From Monocercomonoides exilis PA203 (lineage: Eukaryota; Protista; Preaxostyla): a stretch of 64,000 bases of DNA. The stretch is from positions 434,001 through 498,000 of the forward strand of contig LSRY02000001.1 of the NCBI GenBank assembly GCA_001643675.2, given 5' to 3'. Of the stretch, positions 1 to 12,100 are shown piece after piece (positions within the stretch are counted from its first letter, which is position 1; each line of letters begins with the position of its first letter). The translations under genes and the position numbers were made by a program. A model generated the notes under the pieces. That model was not told the DNA's origin, made no database searches, and saw only the letters and a list, made by a program, of their open reading frames with translations.

Positions 1-140
1 GGACAATAGAAACACATTTTTTGGTTTGCGGGCATTGCTGCACTTATCGTTTTTGGTGAATATGAATTTTTTTTCATTTGTTTTGAAAAGAATCCATTTG
101 TGAGCTGGGGCGATGCACGGAAATTGAGCAGGAACATAAA

Positions 141-1525
141 ATGGAAGAGCTGAAAGGAATGCTGGATGAGATGGACGAGTGTGGGTTTTGTTCGATTTTC
201 AAGACAGAGCTGTTTGACGAAATGGACAAAATGATTGAAGAAAAGAAAGTGGGAATTGAGAAAGTGGTAGTGCTGCTGAAGCACATCGGACGCATCAAGG
301 CGGCGGGGTGCATGTACTTTTCGGAGTTCAACAGGTCTTTGCTCCTGGAGCGACTCAAGAAGAAGATTGCTGAAGAAGAGAAGAAGAAAGGAGATAAGGA
401 CGAAAAGCATTTTGCTGATCTGTGCGAATGTTATGTCATGCTTGTGTCAGATTTTTTGCCGGGGCTTCTGGGGATATGTGTGCCTTGCCTTTTGAAAGTT
501 GGGCTGAACAAGGAGGAAAGCGAGGACGTTCAAAAAGAAGTGGAAATGGCTTTGTTGGCTTTGAGCAGCATTTGGCAGCGGAATGTATTTTCTTTTCTTT
601 GTTTTTCTATCTTTTTATTTTTCTTTATTATTCTTTGTATATTTTTGAATTGCATTTGACATCTGCGGATATGTTGTTTATTTTGAGCAGAAAGTGAAAA
701 AAAGAGCTGTATCTGGAAGAGATTACGGAAATCATCGAGCATCACGAAAAGTGTCGCAACCTGACGAGACTTGGCTATTCGTTGGCGTGGGACTTTTTGA
801 TTAGTCGTTTGGTCGAGGATAAAAAACTGGGAAAGGGGATTGCGAATGAGCTGCACTTTGGGAGAGAAGCAAGGAGAGAATTGGAAGAGCTGGCTGCAAG
901 TGTGGATTGGAAGGAAAAGGAAAAGGAAGAGGAAAGCATTTGCATAATCATGAGATGGATCGAAATAACAGACACATTGATTTGCCATTGCCATGCATTG
1001 AATAGCGAAGAGTGTGTTGGCCTGATTCGTTGCATTGTCTGTGTGTGCAGAGCAGCAAGAGAGAAGGGGCAGAAAATTAGAAAAGGATGCATCGGCCTTT
1101 TTGTAACGATGGCACGCTGCAAAGCCGTGGGGGCAGAGGTTTTATGGAATGCAGGGGTTATTGATGTTGTGTTGGAAGAAATGAAGCAAGAAACACAGAA
1201 AAAGATTTTGGTATTATTTTGCATGGAATTTTTTGAAGAGCTTTCGAGAAGCATGAAAAGGAAAGGGAAGGAAGAAGGGGAGGAAGAGGAAGAGGAAGAG
1301 GAAGAGGAAGAGGAAGAGGAAGAGGAAGAGGAAGAGGAAGAGAAAGAGGAGGAGGAAGAGAAAGAGGAAGAGAGGAAGGAGATGAAAAGAAAGATATTTG
1401 AGAAGATGGAAGAAGAAGGATACGAAGATAGCATTACGAGTTTTTTTGAAACAAACCCTTTGCTAAACGGAAAAGAGTTGGGGGACTTTTCAATTGTTAT
1501 TACAGACTATTTTGCGAGTGTCTGA
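141..1525 (+). CDS. Member of a lineage-expanded helical/ARM-like hypothetical family (copy 1); one intron; apparent frameshift
   Basis: ORFs 141-659 and 782-1525 share motifs with the copies at 18.9 kb and 44.5-46.3 kb (DLCECY, ICVPCLLKV, KEVEMALLALS, NLTRLxY, FEKMEEEGYED). Intron 585-690 (GTATTT...GAGCAG). After splicing, the A7 run at 697-703 shifts the frame. The reading frame is open upstream to ~87, so a further 5' exon is possible. Confidence 0.75.
1281..1340 (+). repeat. (GAGGAA)n coding microsatellite giving poly-Glu
   Basis: About ten tandem GAGGAA/GAAGAG hexamers seen directly. Confidence 0.9.
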
Positions 1526-2197
1526 GGAAATGAAAGGAGCTGTGTTTTTCTTTTTTTCTTTTCTTTCTTTCTTTTTATTTTTTGAATTTTTTTATTTTTG
1601 TATTGTTTTTTGCACCATTTCAAAATTTGGCAAGTGCTGTTTTGAGGCTTTCACAAAAATGGATGGATTTTGAAAAAGCATTCTTTTTTGTTTTGTTTTG
1701 TTTTGTTTTTCCAGAGGAAAAGATGAGTGCCATTCTTTTCCGATGAAAGCCCTTTGCCAGTGTGAAAAATGAAGTTGTGGAACAATCAAATGGTGGCTGG
1801 TATTTTGGCAATGCGAATAATTGGCAAGAGGCATTTGAATTTTTGTTTATTTCTGCACCACAGAAAATAATTGCATTTTATAAGAAAAAATCAAACATTA
1901 TCTCAAATAATCAGTCTGTTTGGTTCCTTTTTCGGTGGGCAATCGGTTTGGTGTTTTGGCGAGAACAAGCAAATTTCAAAGGGAGTCTGATTATCATGTG
2001 TGAGTGAACAGAAAAGGATCGATTCACCATTTATTTGTGGAGTTTATGAAAGTGTTCAATCTTGCCATTTTCCAAACAAAAAATTAAAAAAAGAAATCCA
2101 TAATTTTTTAATCATTTTTGAAAAATATTGCTATTTTTGCAACTGCGAGAGGCGGCTGCATCGGGCGAAAAAGCGCAGTTGATTTTGATTTCGAAAA

Positions 2198-5100
2198 ATG
2201 AAGCGTCTTTGCAATCAACGCTGCAAATCCTATTTCCAGCAACTAATTCAAGAGCGCATCCAAAAAATGCTATCGATGTTCCACTGCTCGAAGTGGCAGA
2301 AAAGCTACGATGCGCGCGATTTGGAGCGAGGGAGAAATATTTTGTTTAGCCAGGGGTTTGCAAAAATGACGGCGATAATGAACAGGAAGTTTGAGCAGCG
2401 GGCGATCAAGGCGATTGATGGAGAAGACTTTTGCCGAAGTTTGAGCATGCAGAAGAAACTTGCGCAAACGTTTTGCCGAAGCTATGATGCGCTGTGGCTG
2501 CGCTTTGGGATAGAATGCATGCGGGGCGAGAAGGATAAAGCGTATTTACAGAGCTCGAGTGATTTGTCTGAGGCGAGAGGCGAGGTCAGAGAAATGACGC
2601 AATATTTTGTGGACAGGTTTCTCAAAGGATCTGTGTCGAGCATTGAGGGGGTCTGCGTCAAATGCTTCCAACTTATTGCGCTGCTGGACTCGGCGAGGAT
2701 TTATGATGAAAAGCGCAAATCTGCAAGTTTCTCGGGGAATTTGGGAGCAGACGGATTGCGCATCCCATGCGGCATTTTAGCCAGCCGTCCGCTTCTCTTC
2801 CGAGTGGAGTCGAAATTCAAAGATTCGGCATCGATGTTCAACGAGGTTTGTGGGCAGCTGCTTCAAGGAACGGGGGATGCTTCCAAGCAGTTTCGCAGCT
2901 ATGGGCTGGAGCTGCGCTTCGCACAGAGCGCAGTGCTGGAAATGAGTTTTCCGGATGGAAAGCAGCCGTATGATTTTTCAGACGGGATTATTCTTGGACG
3001 AATCGTTGAGGTGTTTATGCTGAAAGAACAGCTGATGAGATCTTCTTCTTCTTCACAAAACTCCTCGTCTTCATCATCATCATCATCTTCATCTTCATCA
3101 TCATCATCTTCTTCTCTTTTTTTCCAACAAAGTCTGTGAAGCAAACGACTTCGTCTTCAGCGGGTGCCCTGCCTCCAAAGAATTCTTCTCTTCAAGCATC
3201 TGAGGGATGGTCATTTGATAACGGCGCAGAGTGTCAGGGCCGTGCGCCTGGCTGGGAAGTGCGTGATGAGTGGGCGGACATCGATCTTCCGGTGAATGAA
3301 ATCATAAGCAGATGCATTTGCTTTCACTGCTGCGACGGGATGAAGCGAAATGCAGTGAGTGGAAAGGAGAAGCAGCGAAACATATGCTTTCTTCTGAAAT
3401 ACCTGATGAGCCATTTTGGTGCTGGAAGAAAAGGAAAGGCAACTTTATCAGAAGTGGGTGTGCGAGCACGGGGTGAAAGAAGAAGCGGCAAGAGGGGAGC
3501 GGGAAGAGGGGAGGAAGAGAATGATGAAGAAAATGATGAAAAGGAAGAGTTGGTGGATGAAGGAGAGGAAGAAGGAGAGGAAGAGTCTGAGGAAGAGGAA
3601 GAAGAGGCACTTGATCTGTCGTGGGTTGACAAAGTGCGCTGTGCTGACGGGAGCAGACAGATGAACACGGCGCTTGGGTGGCGAATATTGAGTTATTTTT
3701 CGATGCGGCTGGAAAGGCTTAGAGGCAGATTGGGAAGCAGGGGAGAGGAGAAAAGGGGGGTTTGCCGGGAGTCAGGGGTTGGAGGCATTTGGTGGGCGGT
3801 GACGGCGGACATGGTGGAGCGGGAAATAAGTGAGTGGGAGAGGTGGAAGAAAAGGGGAAGGTGTGGTGTTGAATGTGGGAAGGGAGGAGGGGGCTGTGGT
3901 GCCCTGACGGACAAGAACGGTTGGGTGGGGAAAGAGAGGAGGGAGGAGGAGAGGGAAAGGAGGAAGAGTTTGGAGGAGGCGCTGGTGGAGTGGTGCAACT
4001 GCGTGTGCTCGGGGCGGCTGGGGCGGATCAGCTCGTTTGGGCGGAGTGGGCGCAAAAAGAGAGATGGTGTGCTGGGTGAAGGAGGAGAGGAAGAGGGAGG
4101 AGAGGAAGGGGAAGAAGATGTGATATCAAGCGGCAGGCTGTTCTGCGAGATGGTGCATGCGTATGCGCCGCACTACATCCCGACGTATCGGCAGTGGGTT
4201 GCAGCCAGCGAACGCAGAAAAGGAAGCGCCGAGGCAGTTCGAGCATCGGGTTGCGGAGCAGTGGTGCGTGGGGGTTCGAAGCGAGCGCAGCAAATGGGGG
4301 TGTGCGGCACACAATACAGATATGCACGCCGGTTTCGCACGCCGTTTTTCCGGCTGTTTTGGAGGGCGTCTGTTCGGATTGGCGGGTATCCGGAGATCGG
4401 TTTGTGGATGGTTTTCATATTGCAATTCAACATAATCATAATCATAATCTTTTTTTTATTTTATTTTGTTTTATTTTATTTTAATTTTAATATGAACTGT
4501 AATACTTGGTTTTTCTATTTTGTCTGTTGCATTTGCATGGGTTAGTGTCGGAGGTGTGCACAAGCACAGCAGCAGAGCTTCCGGCAGGGCTTGTGGCAGG
4601 GACGGTTGCTGGGCTGTTTGTGCATCTGTCGTCGCTGAAGAAAGAGGAGGTTTGGAGGGAGGGAAGTGCAGTTGCGATTCAGAGTGTGGCGAGGGGCTGG
4701 CGGGTGCGGCGGATTCTGAGGGAGCTGAAGGAAGAGCGAGAAGAGCGGCGGCGTCGGAGAAAGGAGCAGCGAGAGGCGATTGAGAACCGGTGGAGGCAGA
4801 TGGGTGGGGTTGGAACAGGGGTGCTGAAGGGAGATGGAGAGGGAGAGGGAGAGAAAGGCAGAGTGGGGGGTTTGGTGGGGGATTTGGCAGAAGACAGAGA
4901 GGAGCTTGGGCGTTTGGAGGAGGAGGAAAAGAACGACTCGATCTGTGTGAAGGCGCTTGTGGGGAAGGAGTGCAAGTGCATGATGTGTGTGATGAGGCGG
5001 AAGGAGGAGGAGGAAGAGGAAGGAGAGGAGGAGGGGAGGGAGGGAGCATCGGGGGTTGGAAAGGAGGGGAGAGAGCACACATATGAAGAATGGGTGGAGG

Positions 5101-8100
5101 CAGAGATGGGCGAAGAGGATGGGAGGCAGTTTGAGGTGGAGGAAGTTGTGGAAGTTGTGGAAGTGGTGGGGAGAGAAGGGGAGAGGGAAGAGGGAGAATC
5201 AGAAGGAGAGGGAGGAGATGCAGGGAATGAGGAAGAGAACAGAAGAGCGTTTGAGAAAAGGGGTGTTGGTGTGCTTGTTGATGTTTTGGAGGATGGAAGA
5301 GGAGGACGAGGAGGCAGAGGGGCAGAAGGAGAGTATGGGCTGACTGAGGTGGTGATGAGGCCGTCGAAGCGGACAAGCTTCAGCATGGGAGTGCCTCCGA
5401 TGGGGAAGGAAGGAGAAGACAACGGGGCAGCGAGTGAAGCAGAACATTTGGCCAATGAAAAGTCATCCTCCTCCTTTTCCTCATCATCATCATCTTTGGA
5501 GTCACAGGCGAAACAGGGTGTGTCTGGCTCATCCCCTTCGCAGCATGCAAATGAGAGGGGAGCATCTCAAAATGGATGCTCACCTCGCAATGCATCGGGC
5601 GAACTGTCTGCTTTGAGCACATCACACAACTCGCCTGTACCAGTCACCCGATCCACTTCATCCACTTCATCCACCTCAACACCCACATCGACACCCTTGT
5701 CGCAGTCTCACATGTTTCATTCGCCGTTTTCTGCGCTGCAGTCGAAGAGGCCCACGATCAGCGCAGAGGAGGAGATATTTGAGGCGCGCAAGATATCGCA
5801 CCACCATCGCTCTCATCACTCACCGCAGCTCCTTCAACAGCATCAACAGCATCATCAACAACAGCTTCATCATCATCATTGAATGGAACAGGAGTGCTGG
5901 GGCCATATTTGGAGGGGATGTCGGAAGTGCTGTTGGATGTGCTTGCGCCGAGCGAGTCGACGGTGAGGAAAGAGAGAGAAATGATGGAGAAGAAGATGAA
6001 GAAGAGGCGAGCGACGCAGATATGGGAAGAGTTCATGGAATCGAATGAGAGTGAGGAGGAAGGAGAAGAAGGAGAAGGAGGAGAAGGAGAAGAAGATGAT
6101 GATTTGTTGGTTGGACGGAGTGAAGGGTTGGGTGATGCTGACAAATCGAGTGAATGGAGGGAAAGGGAGAAAAATGTGAGAGAAGAAGTGGGAGTGGAAA
6201 GGAAAGCGGAGGGAGGAGAAGGGAAAGGAGAAAGAGAGAGAGAAGAGAAGGAGGAAGTTGAAGTGTTTGTGACAGAATCGAGAGAAAGGATGAGAGGAGC
6301 TGTGAGAGAGAAAGTGAAGCCTCGGAAAATAAGCACAAGGGGTGAGAAAGAAGGAAAGGAAGGGAATGGAGAAGGGAAAGCAGATGCTGTTGAGGAAAGG
6401 GAAAGAGAAGGGAAAAGAGAAAGAGAAAGAGAAATGGAGGTGAAGGTGGTGAATGAAAGGGAAAGGAGAGAGGAAGAGCAGAAAGCAGAGAAAGGGGTGC
6501 AAGTTCGAGGGGTGGTGAGGAAGAAAGGAGGGAAGGAGAGGAGGGATTTGGAAGGAGGAGAGGCTGAGGAGGATGAGTTTGATGGGAAGATTCAACGGGT
6601 GTGGGAGGAGCAGAAAGAGGTGGAGGAGCGGATCCGGCAGAAGCGGGAGCGGATCCGGGACATCCGAAAAGACATTGAGCGGCGAGAGAGGGAAGAGGAA
6701 GAGGAAGAGCGAAGGGAAGGGGCGGGTGTGATCAGCAGGATGGAGCGGAGACGGATTGTGAGGGAGCGAAGCAGAGAAGAGCTTGGAAGGCGAAGGAGAG
6801 AAGAGGAAGTGCGGGAGGCGGAGATGGCAAAAGAGCGGGAAGGAGCAGCGCTGGTGATTGGGGTGGGGTGGATGGGGAGGTGGAAGAGGAAGGCTGGGTC
6901 AGAGAGGATGAAGGAGGCAGAGGAGAGAGAGGGGGAGCGAAGAAGGGCGGGAGCGGGGGTGATTGCGAGAGGGTGTGTGAAGATGTGGAGGCGAAGATAT
7001 GCAGGTGGTGTGCTGAGTGGAGAGAGGGAGAGGGAGGCAGAAAGGAGGGGTGTGGCAGGGAGGGTGATCGGCAGGGGGTATTGGAGGCATGTGTGCGTGG
7101 GCAGGGGCAAAGAGATTTTGGAGGAGAAGCGGAGAGAAAATTTTGTGAGAGAAGGAAGGGCAGGATGGGTGATTGGGGAAGGGTGGAGAAAGGGGATGCG
7201 ATGCAGCGAGGCGAGAGAGGAGCTTGTGGTGAGGTGGATGGCGGAGGAAGAGAGGAGGCAGAGGGCAGCAGGCAGGATAAGCGGGTGGTGGAGGAGGCGT
7301 GTGGTGTATGGGGAGTGTTTGAGAGAAGCGATGGTGCGAGGGCTGGCAGAGGAGCGAAGGAAGATCGAGGCAGGGGAGGTGGTGACGAGGAAGCGGCGGG
7401 AGCAGGTGAGGCGTGTGTTGTGTGAGGAGATGTTTTGGAGGCTGAAAGGGGAAGCAGAAGAGAGGGAGAGAAAGGCTGGGGAGGAGATTGGGAGGGGGCT
7501 GAGGAGGATGGCGCTGGGGAGGAAGTGCCGGATGGCTCTGGAGGGGAAGAGAGAGGAAGAGGCGCAGCGGAAGGCTCGGGTGCGGAAGGAGAAGGAGGCG
7601 CGGCTGCACATGCTTGAGGAAGAGCTGGAGAAGAAGAAAGAGGAAGAAGAGGCGCTGGGGCTGATTGAAGCAGAAGAGGAAAAGAAACTGTTGAAGCAGA
7701 GTTATTGGAGGATGGGAGGAGGAGGAGGAGAGGTCTGGGGAGCGAGAGGTAGAGGAGGAGGTGGTGGTGGTGGTGGAGTGCTGGTGGCAGATGCGATTGT
7801 GCAGACAGATCGAACAGAGGAGGAGTATGAGATCTTTGACGAGGAGGTGACAGACATGGGGAAGGGGTCAGGCAGCGCGTTTTCGACTCCGCTGGGTTCA
7901 GCCACTCGTCCGCAGCAGCATCAGCAGCAGCAGGCAGCAGGGTGTGTTTGGGGTGGATCAGAGGGGACGCCAAAAAGTGTGTCAGTGTCGACGATGACAG
8001 GCAGCATGAAGCGCAGATCAGTTGGCAGTGCAGCGATGACAGAAATGGCAGCGATGGAAGGGAATGTTCAAAAAAGCCCTTTGGTGGGTGGAGGGATGGC

Positions 8101-8698
8101 ATGCTCTGCGCTGTCAACGCCTCTCGCACATGCTCAGCCGCAGCAGCTGTGGCCGTCTGGCCCAGCGGTGCTTGAGGGGATGAGTGTTGTTGGAGAAGGT
8201 GTGAGAGCAGGAATGGAGGGCAAGGCAGCAGACATTGGGGGAGCAGGCGGTTCAGGTGGAAGGGTGTTTGAAGAGGAGAGGGGCAGAACTGAAATGAGAC
8301 AGGGAAATGCGAGTGGGCTTTTTGGGGGTGATGTGCAGCTGTCGACGCCAGTTCAGGCGAATCGGGGTTTTGGGCGTTGGGTGTCGGCGGGTGAGGAGAG
8401 GATGCAGAATGGGATTGGGGAGGAGCAGTCGATCATTGTTGAGAATCGGGCAGGGCTTGGCGGGGGTGGAAGCGAAGCATGTGGGAAAGCCCTCCTTTCG
8501 CCCAGCAGCTCATCGGAATGGCCAGGCGGACATTCGGCCAATGAGCGGGCAAGTGATTGTTCTGGAAAGCAGCCACACGAGAAAGAGCAGATGAAGAGAG
8601 ATGGCAGCGAATATGAAGTTGTTTCGTATTCAACCGAGGCGTCGTTCGAAAGAAATGCGAGAAGTGAACAAATCTATTCGCTATTTATAAAAATTTGA
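2198..8698 (+). CDS. ASPM: Abnormal spindle-like (ASPM/Asp) protein with CH domains and IQ-like repeats; split by frameshifts at ~3120 and ~5880; 5' end uncertain (broken upstream frames to ~1720)
   Basis: Colinear ASPM-like motifs: SYDALWLRFGIE (cf. SYNPLWLRIGLE), PLLFRVESKFK..GTGDASK, DFSDGIILGRIVE, DGSRQMNTALGWRI, LVEWCNCVC, SSGRLFCEMVHAYAPHYIP, IGGYPEI and the IQ motif AVAIQSVARGWRVRR. Intron 4400-4545 (GTTTGT...GTTAG) joins ORF 3136 to ORF 4506 in frame. Confidence 0.8.
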
Positions 8699-9115
8699 GT
8701 TGTAATTGTTAGTTATATTTTTTGTTGTGGCTTGTAACATTTAAATATGGGAGGAAATTTTTAACTTTATGAATTTTGTTCCACTCAATGATTTCTTTTA
8801 TTTTTCTTAATTTTAACAATTTTCTGTATTTTTTTTACATGTGAATATAAGACTTTTTATGATATAATTTCAGAAAAAGTTTGGAATAAATCATTTATTT
8901 TTTCATAAATGCAATAATTCTATCCCATTTTTTATTCAGATTCCCTTAAAGAAAATAAAATTGATCAATAATTGGACGAAAATATGATTTCATAGAAAAC
9001 AGTCATATAATAAGCTATTTATTGGTTTTTTTGATAAACCTTCCATTATTTGTTTTTTCTGGCATTATTATTTTTTTTTAAAAAAAAATTATGCATCACA
9101 ACGAAAAAAGCATCC

Positions 9116-12100
9116 ATGAAGTGCCATTTGACTTTCTTGTTTTTGTGCTTCATTGCATGCGAATCAAATGGCGTTGCCAATTGCTTGGAACATTCACCAT
9201 GCAAAGCTCACTTGCCTTTCAATTATGAGTCCATTGGCACATCCAACAACAAACAGCAATGTCTTTTCAAGGGTTTGTTGAGTGCCCCAAAACAAACTCA
9301 GCTGCTCAGCCGCCGCTGCGCAACAATGGTCAACACCTCTTTCCTGCTGTCTGACGCATCCCTTGCATGCTGTGCACCACACGCCTGCCTTGCCATCATC
9401 AGCAGCAGCGATGCCACATTCAAATCTTGCACTCTCACATACACTTCCAAATCAACCCACCATGTTGCCCAGCTGCAAAGTGCATCCCTGTGGCTGTTCA
9501 ACATCTCGCTGGCAGTCTCTAACCCAGCTGCCCCTGTTTCATCCATTGCCAGCAGTGCTGACCATCCTGCCAGCTCAGCAAACTGCAGAGTCTCAATATC
9601 CTCATCCCTCTTCGACTCCTGCTGCGTCTGTGCTGGCTCCCCGTTTGCAGCAACATCTGGCATATCCGATGTTGAGCTGCTGCATTCATCCTTCACAAAC
9701 ATCACCCGCACCACAAACATGAATGAGCCACTCAATATCCCCACCCGCGAAATCAGAACAGTGATGTCTGGATGCACCGTGAAATGTGTCGAATCCCCAT
9801 ACAACGGAGGCTTGTTCCATGCACTGAACTCCAAATCTTTCGCTCACTCATCAGCAAACACTTCCTTCGAGAACTGCCACAGACGCCACAATGCCATACC
9901 AATGGTTGGAGATCATTCAATGATAAGACAGAACATTTCGGCAGGTGATGCAACGTTCGTTGATTGTGAGTTCAATTCGTTGGAAAGTGATTATGGTGGA
10001 GCAATTCGCTTCACATCCACAGGTCTGCTCAATATTTCCGCTTGCTTGTTCAATAACTGTAATTCTTCGATTCGTGGAGGAGCCATTTCCTTCTTGAGTG
10101 GAGGAAAAAATTTGATTTCAACACACACTTTTTTCAACAGTTGTAATGCAATTCATTCAGGAGGTGCGATTGATATGTGCACTCCAAATTCATTTTTGAT
10201 CAGGAATACTATCACAACAAATTGCACGACTGGACATGTTGGAAGCGGAATGATAACATATGACTGCGAAGATACTGGGTTGATAGATTCATGCGTTTTT
10301 GAGGGTTGCAAAAAGAAAACACAAGATTACCAAGGAGGATGTTTTGGGTTATATGCCAAAGGAAGAGTTAACATGACTGACTGTTGTTTCAGAAACTGTT
10401 CGAGTGAGAAACATGGAGGAGGTATTTGCTGGGACAATTCAAGCAACGCATATGTTTCCAAAGTGAGCTTCTGCTTCTTTGAAAACAATTCTGCTGCAAA
10501 AATGGGTCACGATGTGTATATCGACAGCGGTTGGACAAACATCAATGAGGAGTGCTTTGTGCTCTGCCGCTCCGCAACAGCCAGCTCCGCAAACAGGGTT
10601 ATGAAGGGAATACAAGAATGCAGCTCCTGGATTCCAAACACTTTCTTCGATCCCATCCTCGTCAACAGTGCCAGCGGCATCGACCACCAAGCATGCGGAT
10701 CGGCCGATGTCGGAGACATCCAAGGCAGAAGATGCAGAACCGTGGGATATGCAGTGGGCGTGGCCAACCCGCTGCTCCAAACAAAGGCTATTGCAGTCGA
10801 GGAGTGCGTGTGCCACGAGACAAGGATCGATGTGTGCACACTCACCATATCCTTCAGCGGCGCTGGCGCTGACAAAACAGTGCTGAGTGCTGACGCCACA
10901 GGCAGCACAGCCCTCGTGCAAATCACAACTGGCAGCGCCACTTTCAGCTCCCTCGCATTCCGCAGGAATGCAAGCGCCTCGCTGCACTCCCACCTGTTCC
11001 ACCTGACAGACATGCAGGGATGCCTCGAAGTCGCCCACTGCACAATCACTGCAACAGAAACACTGCCCGATGCACCATTCGCTGCATCCGTCATAACTGT
11101 GGCTGCAGGGCATGTGCTGTTCGATTCGGTGGAAATAGGCCCCATGTGCTTTTCATCTGTGGCTGCCCTGGCTGTGAATGCCGAGGCTGCACTGAGCGTC
11201 ACACTCACTTCCACAAACCTGACAGCCATCACGCGGCAAAGCGGAAGCGGAAGCGGCCTCGACTGCTCCCTCATCGCTGGATCGCAAGTGTGCATCACTG
11301 GCGGATCCTTCTCCAGCTGCACTGCCTGCCAGGATGGCTCGTGCGGAGGAGGGGTGTGTGCGCACCTGACAGACGAGGATGCCGAGATGGTTGTGAACGG
11401 CTCGGCTGCTTTCGCTGATTGCTGTGTTCCCGATACAGAGGGAACGGGAGGAACGGGAGGAACGGGAGGAAAGGGCGGAGGGATGATGGTGCATATCGAC
11501 AACGCCCAAGCACTTTTCCAGATAAGCAGCGGCGTGTGCTTCTCCGATTCCACGCCAAACAGAGCAGCTGTTGGCAGAGACCTCTTTCTCAGGTGCGCAG
11601 GCAGAGTGATGCTGAGTGAAATCGTGAACACAACCACACTTCAGTTTGTCGACCACACCCAGTGCTTTGCCGATCCATCCAGACTCAGCGGCTCTGAGGA
11701 TGGCGCAGACCACCCTGTCATCCCGCTCGAGGTATATCTCTGCCACCGCGACAACAACATCTATGTCGACGGACTCGCCGGGACAGATCATTTGCACTGC
11801 GGCCCATCTGTGTTTGCCTGCGAGACCATCCACTTTGCTGCATCCAACAGAATCACCTCTGCATCCACCACCATTCTTCTTGCTGCAAACTCCACGCTCG
11901 CTTCCGAGATCACAATCGAAACACTCCCCTTCCTGCTCTCCTCTGCAACAGCACATCTTCAGGCTGTGCGCGTGCATGATGCAGGCCAGTGCTCAAACAA
12001 AGCCATTGTCACTGCTTCTGCTGAGATGAGCGCATCCAGCATCTGCTTTTTGCTCCCCACTGCCATGAGCACCGGCCGGCACGGCTTCATCCACTCGCTT

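Noticed and set aside
9050-9115. ORF-track start at TTG 9050
   Set aside because: This is poly-T/poly-A UTR-like sequence; ATG 9116 gives a proper signal peptide.
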